The notes under the pieces were generated by a model. It made no database searches, was not told the DNA's origin, and saw only the letters and a list, made by a program, of their open reading frames with translations. This document shows positions 38,457 to 51,068 of a DNA stretch of 64,000 nt, in pieces (positions within the stretch are counted from its first letter, which is position 1; the number at the start of each line of letters is the position of its first letter). The position numbers and the translations under genes were made by a program. This DNA is from Octopus sinensis (Eukaryota): contig NC_043009.1 in assembly GCF_006345805.1 (NCBI RefSeq), forward strand, positions 10,850,001-10,914,000, given 5' to 3'.

Positions 38457-38879
38457 CTATTTCTTTACTACCCACAAGGGGTTAAACACAGAGGGGGGAG
38501 GGGGCAAACAAGGACAGACAAACGGATTAAGTTGATTACATCGACCCAGTGCGTAACTGGTTCTTAATTTATTGACCCTGAAAGAATGAAAGGCAAAGTT
38601 GACTTCGGTGGAATTTGAACTCAGAACGTAACGGCAGACGAAATACCTATTTCTTTACTACCCACAAGGGGCTAAACACAGAGGGGAGAAAACAAGGACA
38701 GACAAACGGATTAAGTCGATTGCATCGACCCCAGTGGCTAACTGGTACTTAATTTATCGACCTCGAAAGGATGAAAGGCAAAGTCGACCTCGGCGGAATT
38801 TGAACTCAGAACGTAACAGCAGATGAAATACGGCTACGTATTTAGCCCGGCGTGCTAACGATTCTGCCAGCTCGCCGCC
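38457..38879 (-). mobile_element. SINE family B dimer inside a single 19-bp TSD
   Basis: A full unit plus a head-less unit joined at gaaatac|ctatttc (38648); TSD ctacttacataat(g/a)caata at 38437-38455 and 38882-38900. Confidence 0.92.
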
Positions 38880-39288
38880 CTCTACTTACATAATACAATA
38901 CCGTTGCTGAATACTATTCAGAGAATCTCCATTAAGAAGGACAAACATTCTTTAAAGTCTTGCTTTGAATGATTTATTCTTGAGATGAAATTCGCCTTTT
39001 GATATATTGCATGATAACGAAGTTCGAAATGAGGTTGCGGAATACAAAACAATGACAATTAATTAAAAATGATTTAGTATGTAATTAGCTTAGTTCTGTC
39101 CAATATAGCAACACTATAGCCTCGCTAAATAAGAACATTATCAAGCCTCAGTGATAACGTGATACTTTATTAATAGTATGATAATAGTGTAAGATATCAG
39201 AATATTATCAATTTTTCATAGATAAGTAGAAGAGAGGAGTGTTTTTGTGGAGATGAGTAAATTGTATGAATCTGACAATCCATTAGCT

Positions 39289-41838
39289 CAATGGTTCTCA
39301 AACTTTTCAGGAAGATTTACAAGCAGGTCCCCTTACAGTTTTTTCCATGATTTGCGGTCTCCTATAAAATGCAGAATAATTAACATGGTAAAAATTTCAT
39401 TCGCGTATCGTAATTTCCGGTCTATGAACCGCACTACCATAGACCCGCAACCCCGAAAACCACAACTTAATCGACGCAATGCCCCATTGAGGTACAATAA
39501 ATATACATGAAGTTATGGGAAATCAGTTGATCAATTGGTTATAAAATAAATGAGAAACGAAAACAGTCCGAAAATATCCCGAACATCCGGTATTAACAAC
39601 CGCGTTAGACCCATTTACGTTCATTTGGCAGAAAGAAACCACGTTTCATACACCGAAAACTACGTTACACATATATCACAGTGGTTCTTGAACTTTTGAT
39701 ATCACCTTCCTCTTTTTTCCAGGTTTGGGATACTATTTATCCCCAACGTTAGGTCATTCTTTATATTGATTATCCAAGGGTTGCATTTCAACTAATTAAG
39801 CTATTTTAAGCAGAAGAATTGTGATGGCATCCCAGAATGTACAGAAGTTTCTGCTAATTAGATCACTAGTATGCACGGAAGACCACTATTTTCTCCTCCT
39901 CTGGAGGTTTTCCATCCCCTTTTATGAATACCTGGTACATAACATGACAAAAAAACAAAATTATGTAAGAAATTATTTATTCACAAAAGCAGACCATTTT
40001 ACTTAAAGCAAAGTAACCAGCTCTTCGATGTTCGGCTCCGTTTCGGAGACGGAAACCCTTATTTCTGGTGTGACATTCAGTTTATCCTGTAATTTCTTTT
40101 TGATGGTAAGGAAAGTGGGAAACGCTGTCTCACACAATGCAATACATGAATGCAATACATTGGAAATAGCAGCAGTGTTTTAAGAGACATCTTTGCAATG
40201 TCAGGGTTTGACCGTGTCATTTCAATCCAAAAATCAAAACAACACATTACTGACAGCTAACAGACGGTAGTTGAGTGCGTTTGCTTTGATGATGTTCATC
40301 GCTTGAATCTCGTAATTCAGAACATCATTTCACTATTAGTGCTTATCGATAAATTGTGCAGTGTGTATCAACAGCACCTGAGGATTTTTCTTTCACTAAA
40401 GTCTCTGAAAACCGGAACGGCAACCAAACATCACCGGAGCACCGTCGATGCACACGCCAATGGTATGCTCCCAGTTGATATGTGCCTCAAAAAGTTTTCC
40501 ACCTTCTTGAATATTTCCCTTGCGGTTATTTTGGTACTGAGGGTTTTAGAAAACAAGAATTTGTCCGCTAGGTGATTGTTATGTACATAACATATATAGA
40601 CGCAAAGTTCGGATAAGTATGAAACATCCGTTGTTTCATCAAGTTGGATCGCAGAAAAGTTCAAAGCTGAATTTTGAATCTTAGTGACAGAAAGTCATCA
40701 ACAGCCCAGTTATTCTGTTGCTAACAGTATCGTTTGAGAGAGGAAGACATGCTTCAGCTTCTGAAGTTCAGAACCTCCTAGCACATTTGATATGATAGCT
40801 TTGCAGCAAGGAGATATAAACTCTTCGCCGATATTGTGGGGCTTTTTGGCAACAGCTATTTTCCTTGAAACCTCGTAGGACGCTTTTAAACCAGCCGTAA
40901 TGTCGTAACATTCCCGTATCATCAAGTCTGGATTTCTTCAATCTGTCGACTTCGTGTCTGAAGAAGTCGACATCTCTATTGAACTGGGACACTTCATTTT
41001 AAACTTCCCCTTTAACATGCTGGGTTTTAGTGAAATAGACGCCAAAACATCGGAGTAGAAAACACACTGGTTTCCTTCTTCGCCAGACTTTACCACAGTA
41101 AAACCGGATTTCAAATAAGATTCGTCATATCTCATTTACTCTTTTGGAGGCATTATAAAAAAAGATAAAATTCAGTAGACCAATTTAATATATTACATTA
41201 TATTTATTTCGAAATTATCATGTACTACAGGTGTCCATATATCCCTTAGTGTAGCTAGCTTTTGGGTGCACAATAACCAATAAAGCTTACCTCTCGCTAT
41301 TAATTGTGGAAAAAATCCAAAGTGCAGGTGAGCGTTGTTTTGTCCGTAGGTAAATCCCCAAGAATTCATAACCGTTGAGAAGACAGTCCTGTTCGAACAC
41401 GTTGCCATGGAAAACAACCTTGTGTTATACAGCCCAGCCACCATACGAAGTAAGAATTATCTCGTAAAGGGCAAGGTCACGCGGGAACATGCACGAGTGA
41501 GGATAACAGCAAGAGACAGACACACGTGTGGATTGCAATAGTGGAGTGATGAATCATGTGAGCGTAGAATACCGACAGCACATGCACGATCAACCGTTAT
41601 ACTCGCATATTTTCCATCGACCAATCACACTTGTTGTACAACAAGTTTCATTAGTAAATGTGGGTTTTTGAGGTCAACGACAAAAAAGGATGATACCAGA
41701 AAATTGAAAGTATTGACATTTAAAACATAATTGTCTCAAGCCACCCGCTTTCACGATACTTCAGTGTCCTTTCACGGTCCCCCCAAAATTGCTTCGCAGT
41801 ACCCTAGGGGGCTTCAGACCCCAGTTTGAGAACCACTG
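39289..41838 (-). mobile_element. hAT transposon, Buster/Charlie type, with both TIRs and a decayed 8-bp TSD
   Basis: TIRs CAATGGTTCTCAAAC (39289-39303) and GTTTGAGAACCACTG (41824-41838); flanks cattagct and cactagtt (6/8 identical, both with the central TA typical of Buster targets). Confidence 0.9.
40003..41134 (-). pseudogene. Buster/ZBED5-like hAT transposase, frameshifted and internally deleted
   Basis: MRYDESYLKSGF..QCV..SLKPS; KASYEV...AKKPHNIGEE; FSAIQLDETTDVS..LCVYICY; DGAPVMFG; ANALNYRL; then a jump to the hATC-like CETAFPTFLTIK...EIRVSVSETEPNIEELV. Confidence 0.92.
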
Positions 41839-42079
41839 CACTAGTTGTTTACCCGTATGTGAAGTGTGGATGAGTAGACTTGTGGACAAGAACAAAGACA
41901 ACCGTTATAAACTGTTCTTGTTTAAAATACGATGCGCTTTGAATCACACTTACAATGGGTCCTTTCTTCTAAATTCGATAGGGTGCTATAATGGAAGATA
42001 AATAGCTGCTATTTCTAACATTCTGAACAACCACAATCAGTTTGGTTTTATTTTTTATTTATTTTTTTAAACAATAAAT

Positions 42080-42270
42080 CGGCTCTGATGGAGCAAACCG
42101 ATGATCAAAGGCTTTCCAGCCTTGACCATCCTGTAATATCATCAGAATGTATCTATGACAACATTATCCAATGTATCCTTTTCTAAGATGAAAGAATGCA
42201 ATTTTAGGGGAGACTTTTCTGCTATTTTCATCAGTTATTACAAGCAGATGGATGTCTCCATCATTGGACC
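42080..42270 (+). mobile_element. Old unclassified interspersed repeat
   Basis: The motifs gatcaaagg..ttccagcc.tgaccat and gagatttggctgctatttc recur, degraded, near 9640-9750 (reverse), 21650-21770, 47870-48040 and 50440-50690. Confidence 0.45.
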
Positions 42271-42735
42271 TGGTTATAATCTAGTTGTTCAAAAAGTTAC
42301 ATGAAGATTTCGACTTTCTAATAGAAATTAAATTGATTTCCCTCAAACTTGTAAACTAATGAAATAGAAAATGATTAAAAATTACTCGGACTACTTATAT
42401 GTATTCGAGGGTGTATAATTAAAGTTGTGCAACCTGCATGATATGAAAATTTGTAATTTGTAAATAGACATAGTTCCCATAAGCAGATTCGGAATACCAA
42501 TTCCATGATCGGGAGAGGGCAATACCCTATTCGATTCAACCAGATATGGCTGTCAGGGAATAAGAGAATAAGTAAAAGAAAGTCTATAATTCCAGTGATC
42601 TATGGAATAAATAATAACACTGACTTTTTCTCTGACAGTTATTGTAGCATGAAGACTGACATAAAGCCGATTTATAAACGGCTTTGAAAACTTCCATTGT
42701 GGGTTTTGATGTTTATCCGACTGCCGTTAGCGTAA

Positions 42736-42862
42736 CTACTGTTGTTGCTGATACTACTACTTTGCTTTCACTACTGTTGTTGCTGATACTACTACTTTGC
42801 TTTCACTACTGTTGTTGCTGATACTACTACTTTGCTTTCACTACTGTTGTTGCTGATACTAC
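42736..42862. repeat. Perfect 35-bp minisatellite x3.6
   Basis: ctactgttgttgctgatactactactttgctttca repeated without mismatch. Confidence 0.95.
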
Positions 42863-43423
42863 AGCCTTTGGTGTATTGTTTATTTCTAGAATAAACGTCT
42901 GAACTGAAATTTCTCTGAACAATCTTCGTGTAAGAATTCCAGCACCAAAAATCTACTCATTACTGCATAATGTTTTCTACATGTAAAAATATGAAAATCT
43001 GACCACTTAAAACAGAAACAAAATACATATTGTATCCCACATCATATGTATAATATCTAAGTGTATCTTTCTCTCCCTCTCTCTGCCTCTCTGTCTGTCT
43101 CTTTATATATATATATATTATATATATATATATATATATAAAGAGACAGAGCTTCGCCAAGTAAATTATTTTATTTACTGAAGATAGCTTGAAACGACGG
43201 TATAGGAAATAGAGGGTAAATGTTTTTATTTTTCATTCTCTTTCAAAATTACCCCTAATAGTGGTTTGGAATTTAACTACTCCTTCTAGCGGGTCAGATG
43301 TCCTGTTATAGCCATCTCTTATGTGTTTAAATGTACTCTGTATTTATACACACACACACACATACACATATATATATATATTTTTCCCCTGCCTTCCCTT
43401 CTCGGGATCTTTCCTTCTCCTAT

Positions 43424-43458
43424 GTTTCCGACGAAGAGCTCCGCTCGAAACGTCAAAC
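43424..43458 (+). ncRNA. Putative 35-nt minimal hammerhead ribozyme (U4C variant)
   Basis: GTTT-CCGACGA-A-GAGC-tcc-GCTC-GAAAC-GTC-AAAC: stems I and II pair, stem III is the loopless palindrome ACGT, GUC triplet; lies just downstream of (CA)n(TA)n. Confidence 0.6.
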
Positions 43459-44019
43459 CCTCCTTCTTCCCTTCTTTCCTTTTTTTCTTTCCTCATGAAC
43501 GAATAGTAGGCAGGCAATCTCTTTTAACCTGGAGTCATTGTTTATCATTCTGTGAGCTTATCTCGCGACAGAAAGGTGTTGTGGCTTGCTACTCGCAGTC
43601 CCGAATATTTCATCAGATTAGTGCTTTTGTGTGGTCGTTCGAGTTCAATTTTGGCTCTAATTTCTAGCAAATATAGGTGTTACTTTGCACGCTCATTTAT
43701 TAATTTTCCCTTTTTGGCTTTACTTGACTTAGCCACCTATATTATAAATTATCTAATATATTTTAATATCCTAATATACTATTATAATATCTTATCGTTT
43801 TACTATATATATATACATATTTAAAGGTACCTTTAAAAGTTGTTTATATATACATTCATATATATATGCACCACCCCTCAATTACTACCCACCCCACTCC
43901 TACTCCTCTCCCAACTCTCCACCTCTTCCACTGCCTCCTTAATACTCTTTTTATGAACCCCACCTCTTCCTAAACGGACTCTCTTATCCCTTCTTGCTTT
44001 TCCCTGCGCAACCCCCACA

Positions 44020-44440
44020 CCATCACAAGACAACCGATGTTGGTGTGTCTACGTCCCTATGACTTAGCGGTTCGGCAAAACAAACAGATATTATAAGTAC
44101 TAGACTTACAATGATCAAGTCCTGGGGTCGATTTGTTCGACTAAAGGTGGTACTCCAGCATGTATTTCTTTACTACCCACAAGGGGCTAAACACAGAGGG
44201 GACAAACAAGGACAGACAAACGGATTAAGTCGATTACATCGACCCCAGTGCGTAACTGGTACTTAATTTATCGACCCCGAAAGGATGAAAGGCAAAGTCA
44301 ACCTCGGCGGAATTTGAACTCAGAACGTAACGGCAGACGAAATACCGCTAAGCATTTCGCCCGGCATGCTAACGTTTCTGCCAGCTCGCCGCCTGGTCGC
44401 AGCCCAATGACTGAAACAAATAAAAGAATAAAAGAATTGA
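44020..44440 (+). mobile_element. SINE A 3' half interrupted by a full SINE B (44162-44395, minus strand)
   Basis: The family A sequence ccagcatg|gtcgcag is split by a complete reverse family B copy. Confidence 0.88.
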
Positions 44441-44717
44441 ACCTAGATAGATTCCCATCTACCTGTGTTCAAGTGATACCGTTCAGGTTTTCTAACCAAC
44501 ATTTTATGTTGCTTTGTTCCAAATCGTTTCCACTCCAGTAGACAGGTGATGAAGACTGTTCTAGCTTTTACTGACCTGTCTTTATTTTAGATACAATTTA
44601 TCTGGGATCGCATTGTCAAGAATACCTTTTTAAAACTGTAAGGTGTGATGTGGGGAAGATGTTACAATAATACTGTACGTCAAATTTCGAGCAACAGATT
44701 CAAGATTCCCTAAACAG

Positions 44718-45185
44718 GTACTCTCTTTTACTCTTTTACCTGTTTCAGTCATTTGACTGCGGCCATACTGGAGCACCGCCTTTTTTTAGTCAAGCAAATC
44801 GACCCCAGGATTTATTCTTTGTAAGCCTAGTACTTATTCTATCCGTATGTTTTGCCGAACTGCTAAGTTACGGGGACGTAAACACACCAGCATCGATTGT
44901 CAAGCGTAGTTGGGGGGACAAATACAGACACACAAACACACACACACAAACCAACACACACACACACACAAACGCACACAGACACTCACACACACTCACA
45001 CACACATATATATATACATGTACATATATACGACAGACTTCTTTCAGTTTCCATCTATCAAATCCACTCACAAGGCTTTGGTCGGCCCGAGGCTATAGTA
45101 GAAAACACTTTCCCAAAGTTCCACGCAGTGGGAGTGAACCCGGAACCATGTGGTTGGTAAGCAAGCTACTTACCACACGGCCACG
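44718..45185 (-). mobile_element. SINE family A
   Basis: Reverse complement of the consensus. Confidence 0.92.
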
Positions 45186-45424
45186 TTGATAATTGAGCAG
45201 TAGAGATTAGAGTTGAATCCATTGCTGGTGTTAATCGTAGTACATTTAATGCTCGTCGGGTTTCTTCACGTAATTTTTGCTTAATACTTGCAATTAGTGT
45301 CTTCGATGGAGTTTAGTAGTATGAGTTCAGATGCAAATTAAAAAATAGAATGTTTATTTAATGATATCAAGGTTATATTTATTCATCTCGATATTATTTT
45401 GAAAGGGGAATCTATTCCATATAT

Positions 45425-45645
45425 GTCAGCACCATGATCGTAAGATTGTGGTTTCCATTCCTGGACCGGGCGATGCGTTGTGTTCTTGAGCAAAACACTT
45501 CATTTCACGTTGCTCCAGTCCACTCAGCTGGCAAAAATGAGTAACGCTGCGATTGACTGGCGGCCCGTCCAACTGGGAAACAGATACGCCATTGAAGCCG
45601 GGAAACGGATCCCATAAACCTGGCTAGGCTTTAAAAGGGCGCATT
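45425..45645 (+). mobile_element. SINE family D (different body, same V-like tail as the adjacent family C copy)
   Basis: gttgtgttcttgagcaaaacactt...cactcagctgg body followed by gagtaacgctgcga..gactggc...aaaagggc. Confidence 0.7.
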
Positions 45646-45647
45646 TA

Positions 45648-45945
45648 AAATGGCCCAGTGGTTAGAGTAGCGGACTTGCGGTCGGAGGATCGTGGTTTGA
45701 CTCTCAGACCTGGGGTTGTGTGTGTTTATTGAGTGAAAACACCTAAAAGCTTCACGACGCTCCGGCAGGGGGTGGTGGCGACCCCTGTTTTACTCCTTCG
45801 CCCCAACTGTTTCTCAATCTTTCTTCCTGTTTCTTGAGTAACGCTGCAATGGACTGGCATCCCGTCCAGCTGGGGGAACACATACGTCACAGAGACCGGG
45901 AAACTGGGTCCATGAGCCTGGCTAGTCTTGAAAAGGGCGAAAAGA
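45648..45945 (+). mobile_element. SINE family C with V-like tail
   Basis: aatggcccagtggttagag head; tail gagtaacgctgcaatggactggcatcccgtccag...aaaagggc. Confidence 0.85.
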
Positions 45946-46090
45946 AAAAAAAAAGAATCCATTACAGAGATCAATGCCATGATGCCTCAGTCGCTTTTCT
46001 TTTAAAGTTTTTAATATTTACATTTTCCTTAAATATTTTCGATGTTTGATTAAGAGAAGTAGTGAAAGCTGTAGATTAGGAAAGGATATA

Positions 46091-46496
46091 TTCTTTTACT
46101 TGTTTCAGTCATTTGACTGCGGCCATGCTGGAGCACCGCCTTTAGTCGAGCAAATCGCCCCCGGGACTTATTCCTTTATAAGCCAAGTACTTATTCTATC
46201 GGTCTCTTTTGCCGAACCGCTAAGTTACGGGGACATAAACACGCCAGCATCGGTTGTCAAGCAATGCTAGGGGGACAAACACAGACACACAAACATATAC
46301 ACACACACTTATATATATATATATACATATATACGACAAGCTTCTTTCAGTTTCCGTCTACCAAATCCACTCACAAGGCTTAGGTCGGCCCGAGGCTATA
46401 GTAGAAGGCACTTGCCTAAGATTCCATGCAGTGGGACTGAACCCGGAACCATGTGGTTGGTAAACAAGCTACTTACCACACAGCCACTCCTGCGCC
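46091..46496 (-). mobile_element. SINE family A, full length
   Basis: Reverse complement of the consensus, ending cactcctgcgcc. Confidence 0.93.
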
Positions 46497-47170
46497 ACAT
46501 ATGTCACATTTCATTATAGATTTTGGAAAATTGCTTGAAAAGAGAGAGAAAAACATCAACTTGTAAATAACACTAAACTAAGTTCATCAATTGATTACAA
46601 ATTCTAGGTTTGGTCGTCTCTGATGATCTTTTATGGTGACATATTTACCATCACAAAGGCTGCGTCTGAAACGATAGAGCTCAATTTTCACGCCAGAAAT
46701 TACTTCCTCACTGCCTTACTTAAACTGTCTACTCTTGATCGAGTAGTGTAGATGTGTTTGGTATATCTTCATCCTGGCCGTTCATTACAGTCGATTTCTC
46801 CTAGCGAGAAAGAGAGGGAGAGAGAAGGAAAGAGAGGGAAATAGTTGGAGAGAGAAAGAGAGAGTGAGAGAGAAAAAGGGCAGGAGAGAAAGAGAGGAAG
46901 AAAGGAAATAGGGTGTGAGAGAATGAGGGAGAGACAGAGAGGAGATAGAGTGGGGAGAGAGAGCTAAACTGGTACAATGATAGTAAGGGTAAAATGAATC
47001 AATTTCAGTACTGAAACTAGTACATTATTTATCAACTTCGAAACGATGGCCGGTAAAATTTAATTTGGCGGAATTTGAACCCAGAGTGCAGTAAACCGGA
47101 ACTCATCACTGACAAAAAGAGAGAATAAAAGAATGAAAAAGGGATGGTTGCTCGCATATTATACCCTACA

Positions 47171-47555
47171 GCGGAGGCGCAATAGCCCAGTGGTTAGGGC
47201 AGCGGACTCGCGGTCGTAGGATCGCGGTTTCGATTCCCAGACCGGGCTTTGTGAGTGTTTATTGAGCGAAAACACCTAAAGCTCCACGAGGCTCCGGCAG
47301 GGGATGGTGGTGATCCCTGCTGTACTCTTTCACCACAACTTTCTCTCACTCTTACTTCCTGTTTCTGTTGTACCTGTTGTTCAAAGGGCCGGCCTTGTCA
47401 CTCTCTGTGTCACGCTGAATATCCCCGAGAACTACGTTAAGGGTGCACGTGTCTGTGGAGTGCTCAGCCACTTACACGTTAATTTCACGAGCAGGCTGTT
47501 CCGTTGATTCGGATCAACCGGAGCCCTCATCGTCGTAACCGATGGAGTGCTTCCA
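47171..47555 (+). mobile_element. SINE family C, long form ending gagtgcttcc
   Basis: tRNA-like head with A-box (tagcccagtggtt) and B-box (gtttcgattccc); distinct 200-bp tail. Confidence 0.9.
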
Positions 47556-48502
47556 TACCATACAACTTTGACACGTTATAGAGGCTATTGAGTGCAATGT
47601 AGTTTACTGTATAATAATAAATTACATTGCTGTGTAGTGTTGTAATGCAGAGAATGGAGTTGTATCAAAGTGAGGTTTGTAATATAACCAGGCCTCTACG
47701 GAATACACCACTGTGGGAATAGGAGCAAGACTAACTACACTGCTTCTGTTATTGTTTTCGTTCTGCGATGATTATTTGGATAGATATCGTTGTTGCAGCA
47801 CTCCCAACCGTTATTGCAGCTGTTGCTATTGCTGATGATATTACAGTAGTTGTTTAACTTTAACCCCTGGTTGGCTCAGATTCAGCCAACACGAGAATAA
47901 AGGCCCTCCAAACTCTGATCAACGTAAATAATTTCTAGACATTCGCAAATAGTGTGCCTCGTTCAATATTTCCGAATGTCTTCTCATTCAAGACGGCAAG
48001 TAGTAGCTTGAGGGAGATTTGGCTGTTATTTCTGGTACGGCATTTTAACTGCTCACACTGCTATATATAAAGGTGATTTTGATGTTGTGCCTAGCGTTAC
48101 TATGCGACTAAGGTTACTGCATTTCTGATAACATCCAATGTTGCTATCGTGCAGAAAATCTTATAACTTTAATTGCCAGTGCAGGCAATGCTTCTATATT
48201 GCTGTTGTCATTGTTATGATAATTAATGCAACTACAGTTGTCACAGGATGTATTGTTGCTTTTCCTGTTGCTATTGCGATTATCACAGCTGGTGTAGTTA
48301 TTCTTGCCAACGCTTTTAATAACCATAGCAACACTATTATCGTTGCTATCGTTGTTGCTCCAGTTGTTACAATTGATGTTATTAAAGCTGTCACTGCATA
48401 ACGTGATTCTGTCATTGTTGCCATGGAGATTACAATGGATGCAGCTAGAGTTTTCAGAACATGCACAGTTGCTATCGCTGTTACTATTATTAGAATCAAG
48501 GT

Positions 48503-48721
48503 AAAGCGACGAGCTGGCAGAGAACTCTGTATGCCGGGTGAAATGCTTAGCGGCATTTCGTCCGTTCTAACGTTCTTGCCCCAAATTCCGCTCTGGTCGT
48601 CTTTGCATTTCATCCTTTCAGGGCCGATGAAATAAGTACCAGTTACGCACTGGGTCAATGGGATCGACTAACCCCCTACCGCGAAATTTCAGGTCTTGTG
48701 CTTATAGTAGAAATGATTACT
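48503..48721 (+). mobile_element. SINE family B variant
   Basis: Family B head with an aaatttcaggtcttgtgcttatagtagaaa tail; a similar diverged copy lies at 49566-49780. Confidence 0.75.
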
Positions 48722-48984
48722 AGAATTAAGGTAAGGGTGCTGGATTGGCGGAATCGTAAGAGCGACGGTACTTGTTTTGGCAGGTTTACATCCCGAGTTC
48801 AAATTCAGACATGGTCAGCTTTACTTTTCATTTGTTTGGCTCAATGAAATAAAGTACCAGTGTTGTATTAAGGTCGATATAATCGGCTAAACTCTCCCTC
48901 TGCCCATCGTCTTCTGCCTGTTAGAAACAATTAGAGTTTATCTAACTATTGCTGTCCCTGCAAGCAATGTTGCTATACTCTCTT

Positions 48985-49216
48985 CTACTCTTTTCACTCT
49001 TTTACTTTTTTCAGTTATTTGACTGTGGCCATGCTGGAGCACCACCTTTAGTCGAGCAAATCGACCCCAGGACTTATTCTTTGTAAGCCTGATACTTATT
49101 CTATCGTTCTCTTTTGCCGAAGCGCTAAGTTACGGGAACGTAAACACACCAGCATCGGTTGGCAAGCGATGTTGGTGTGGGACAAACACAGACACACAAA
49201 CATACATACACACCAT

Positions 49217-49252
<36 letters not shown>

Positions 49253-49414
49253 GAAGGACTTCTTTCAGTTTCCATCTACCAAATCCACTCAGAAGGCTTT
49301 GGTCGACCCGAGGCTATAGTAGAATACACTTGCCCTAGGTACCACGCAGTGGGACTGAACCCGGAACCATGTGGTTGGTAAACAAGCTACTTACCACACA
49401 GGCACTCCTGCGCC
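48985..49414 (-). mobile_element. SINE family A, full length
   Basis: Reverse complement of the consensus. Confidence 0.92.
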
Positions 49415-49976
49415 TATCGTTGTGGATATTATTAGAGGAGATGTATATATTGCTGTCAGAGTTTACAGTGTTGCTATTGTCGCAGTTACCTTAATTAGAG
49501 CTGAGGTAGTTGTTAGTGTTAGCACTGCTGCAAATGTTACTAATGTTTTTATTATACTTGATGTAAAGGTGGAGAGCTGACAGAATCGTCAGCACGCCGG
49601 ACAAAATGCTCAACAGTAATTCATCCGTCTTTACGTTCGGAGATCAAAATGCGTCGAGGTCGACTTTGCATTTCATCGGGAGCGATGAAATAAGTACCAG
49701 ATCAGCATTAGGGTCGTTGTAATCGACTAGCCCCTTAAACCAAAATTTCACACCTTGTGCTTATTGTAGAAAGAATTACTAAACTTGACGTAACTATAGT
49801 TGGGATTACCTGCAGTGTTGCTCTCGTTGTTGCTGTTAAGTTTGCAGTTTTTGTTTTTTAGTTCCAAATATGTTCTGAGTGTGCCTTCTTTTCTCAATCA
49901 CAAGATGTATTTGTGACGACATTAAACAGTAAAACTTTTGAAAGGTGACGGTAATATTAACGTAATACGGATGATT

Positions 49977-50210
49977 AAGGCGGCGAGCTGGCAGAAACGT
50001 TAGCACGCCGGGCGAAATGCTCAGCAGTATTTCGTCTGTCGCTACGTTCCGAGTTCAAATTCCGCCGAGGTCGACTTTGCCTTTCATCCTTTCGGGGTCG
50101 ATTAAATAAGTACCAGTTACGCACTGGGGTCAATATAATCGACTTAATCCGTTTGTCTGTCCTTGTTTGTTCTCTCTGTGTTTAGCTCCTTGTGGGTAGT
50201 AAAGAAATAG
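49977..50210 (+). mobile_element. SINE family B with 15-bp TSD
   Basis: gtaatacgga(tg/ca)att at 49962-49976 and 50210-50224. Confidence 0.92.
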
Positions 50211-51068
50211 TAATACGGACAATTAGCTACTATTGTTTTGTACAACAAGGGACTACGTAGAAGCTTACTTGAAGATATCTTGATTATTGTTGCCGTGTTT
50301 ACCACTATTATTTTTATTACTGCTTGTGCTTCGACTGTTGCAACTGTTGCAATAAATATTTCCTTCGTAACTTTTGTTAGAGCTGAAACATATCGCTGTT
50401 ATTCATGTTAGTTTTACAGATTTTTTTCCCTTGTCATCCTTGATTCAAAGGGCCTGGCTTCAAAATCATTCCAGCCGGTGCAAGACGACTTCTTCCTTTT
50501 ACGGTTATGTGATGATTAAATTAACTGTGTCCTCTCACTATATATGTTGGTAGAATGCGATATTATGGAGATTTAGCTGCTACTCCCAGAAATTCTGGCA
50601 ACCACATAGAGATTTCCTTGATACTTCAGTAGGTTATTCAAGTCCAGGTCAGCTATGATAATGCACAAAGGATTTCCAGTTAGGATTAAACCATATTTGC
50701 GTATACCAGGGACTACCATATCTAATATATTCTTCCTTATATTTGGACGCCGGACATAATCCGCAGGTTATCTTGTAGCAGGCCGAGGAAGAACGTGGAG
50801 TTACTTACGTTTTTCCGTTCTTGTAACAGTTAGTGCGTCGAACAAAGCCCCTTGCGATATTTAAATACGATTCTTTACTTTCTTAGTCTATTCATATATC
50901 GCCGATGTTGATTTTGTGTTTCATCATTCAGGGTCAATAAAATAAGTAGCAGTTTAATACTAAATACTAGTTTCAAATTTTTGGCACAAGGACAACAATT
51001 TCTGGGGAATTTGAACTCAGAACGCAACAGCAGACGAAATACCGCGAAGCCCGGCGTGCTAACGTTTC

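Noticed and set aside
40003-41134. Domesticated ZBED5/ZBED8-like gene
   Set aside because: Multiple stops, frameshifts, a core deletion and intact TIRs/TSD indicate a dead transposon copy.
43820-43837. 18-bp perfect palindrome tttaaaggtacctttaaa
   Set aside because: Short and AT-rich; plausible by chance in 64 kb of this composition.
47171-47250. tRNA gene
   Set aside because: The A- and B-boxes are present, but the sequence runs into a SINE body and I could not form a full cloverleaf; the same applies to the other SINE heads.
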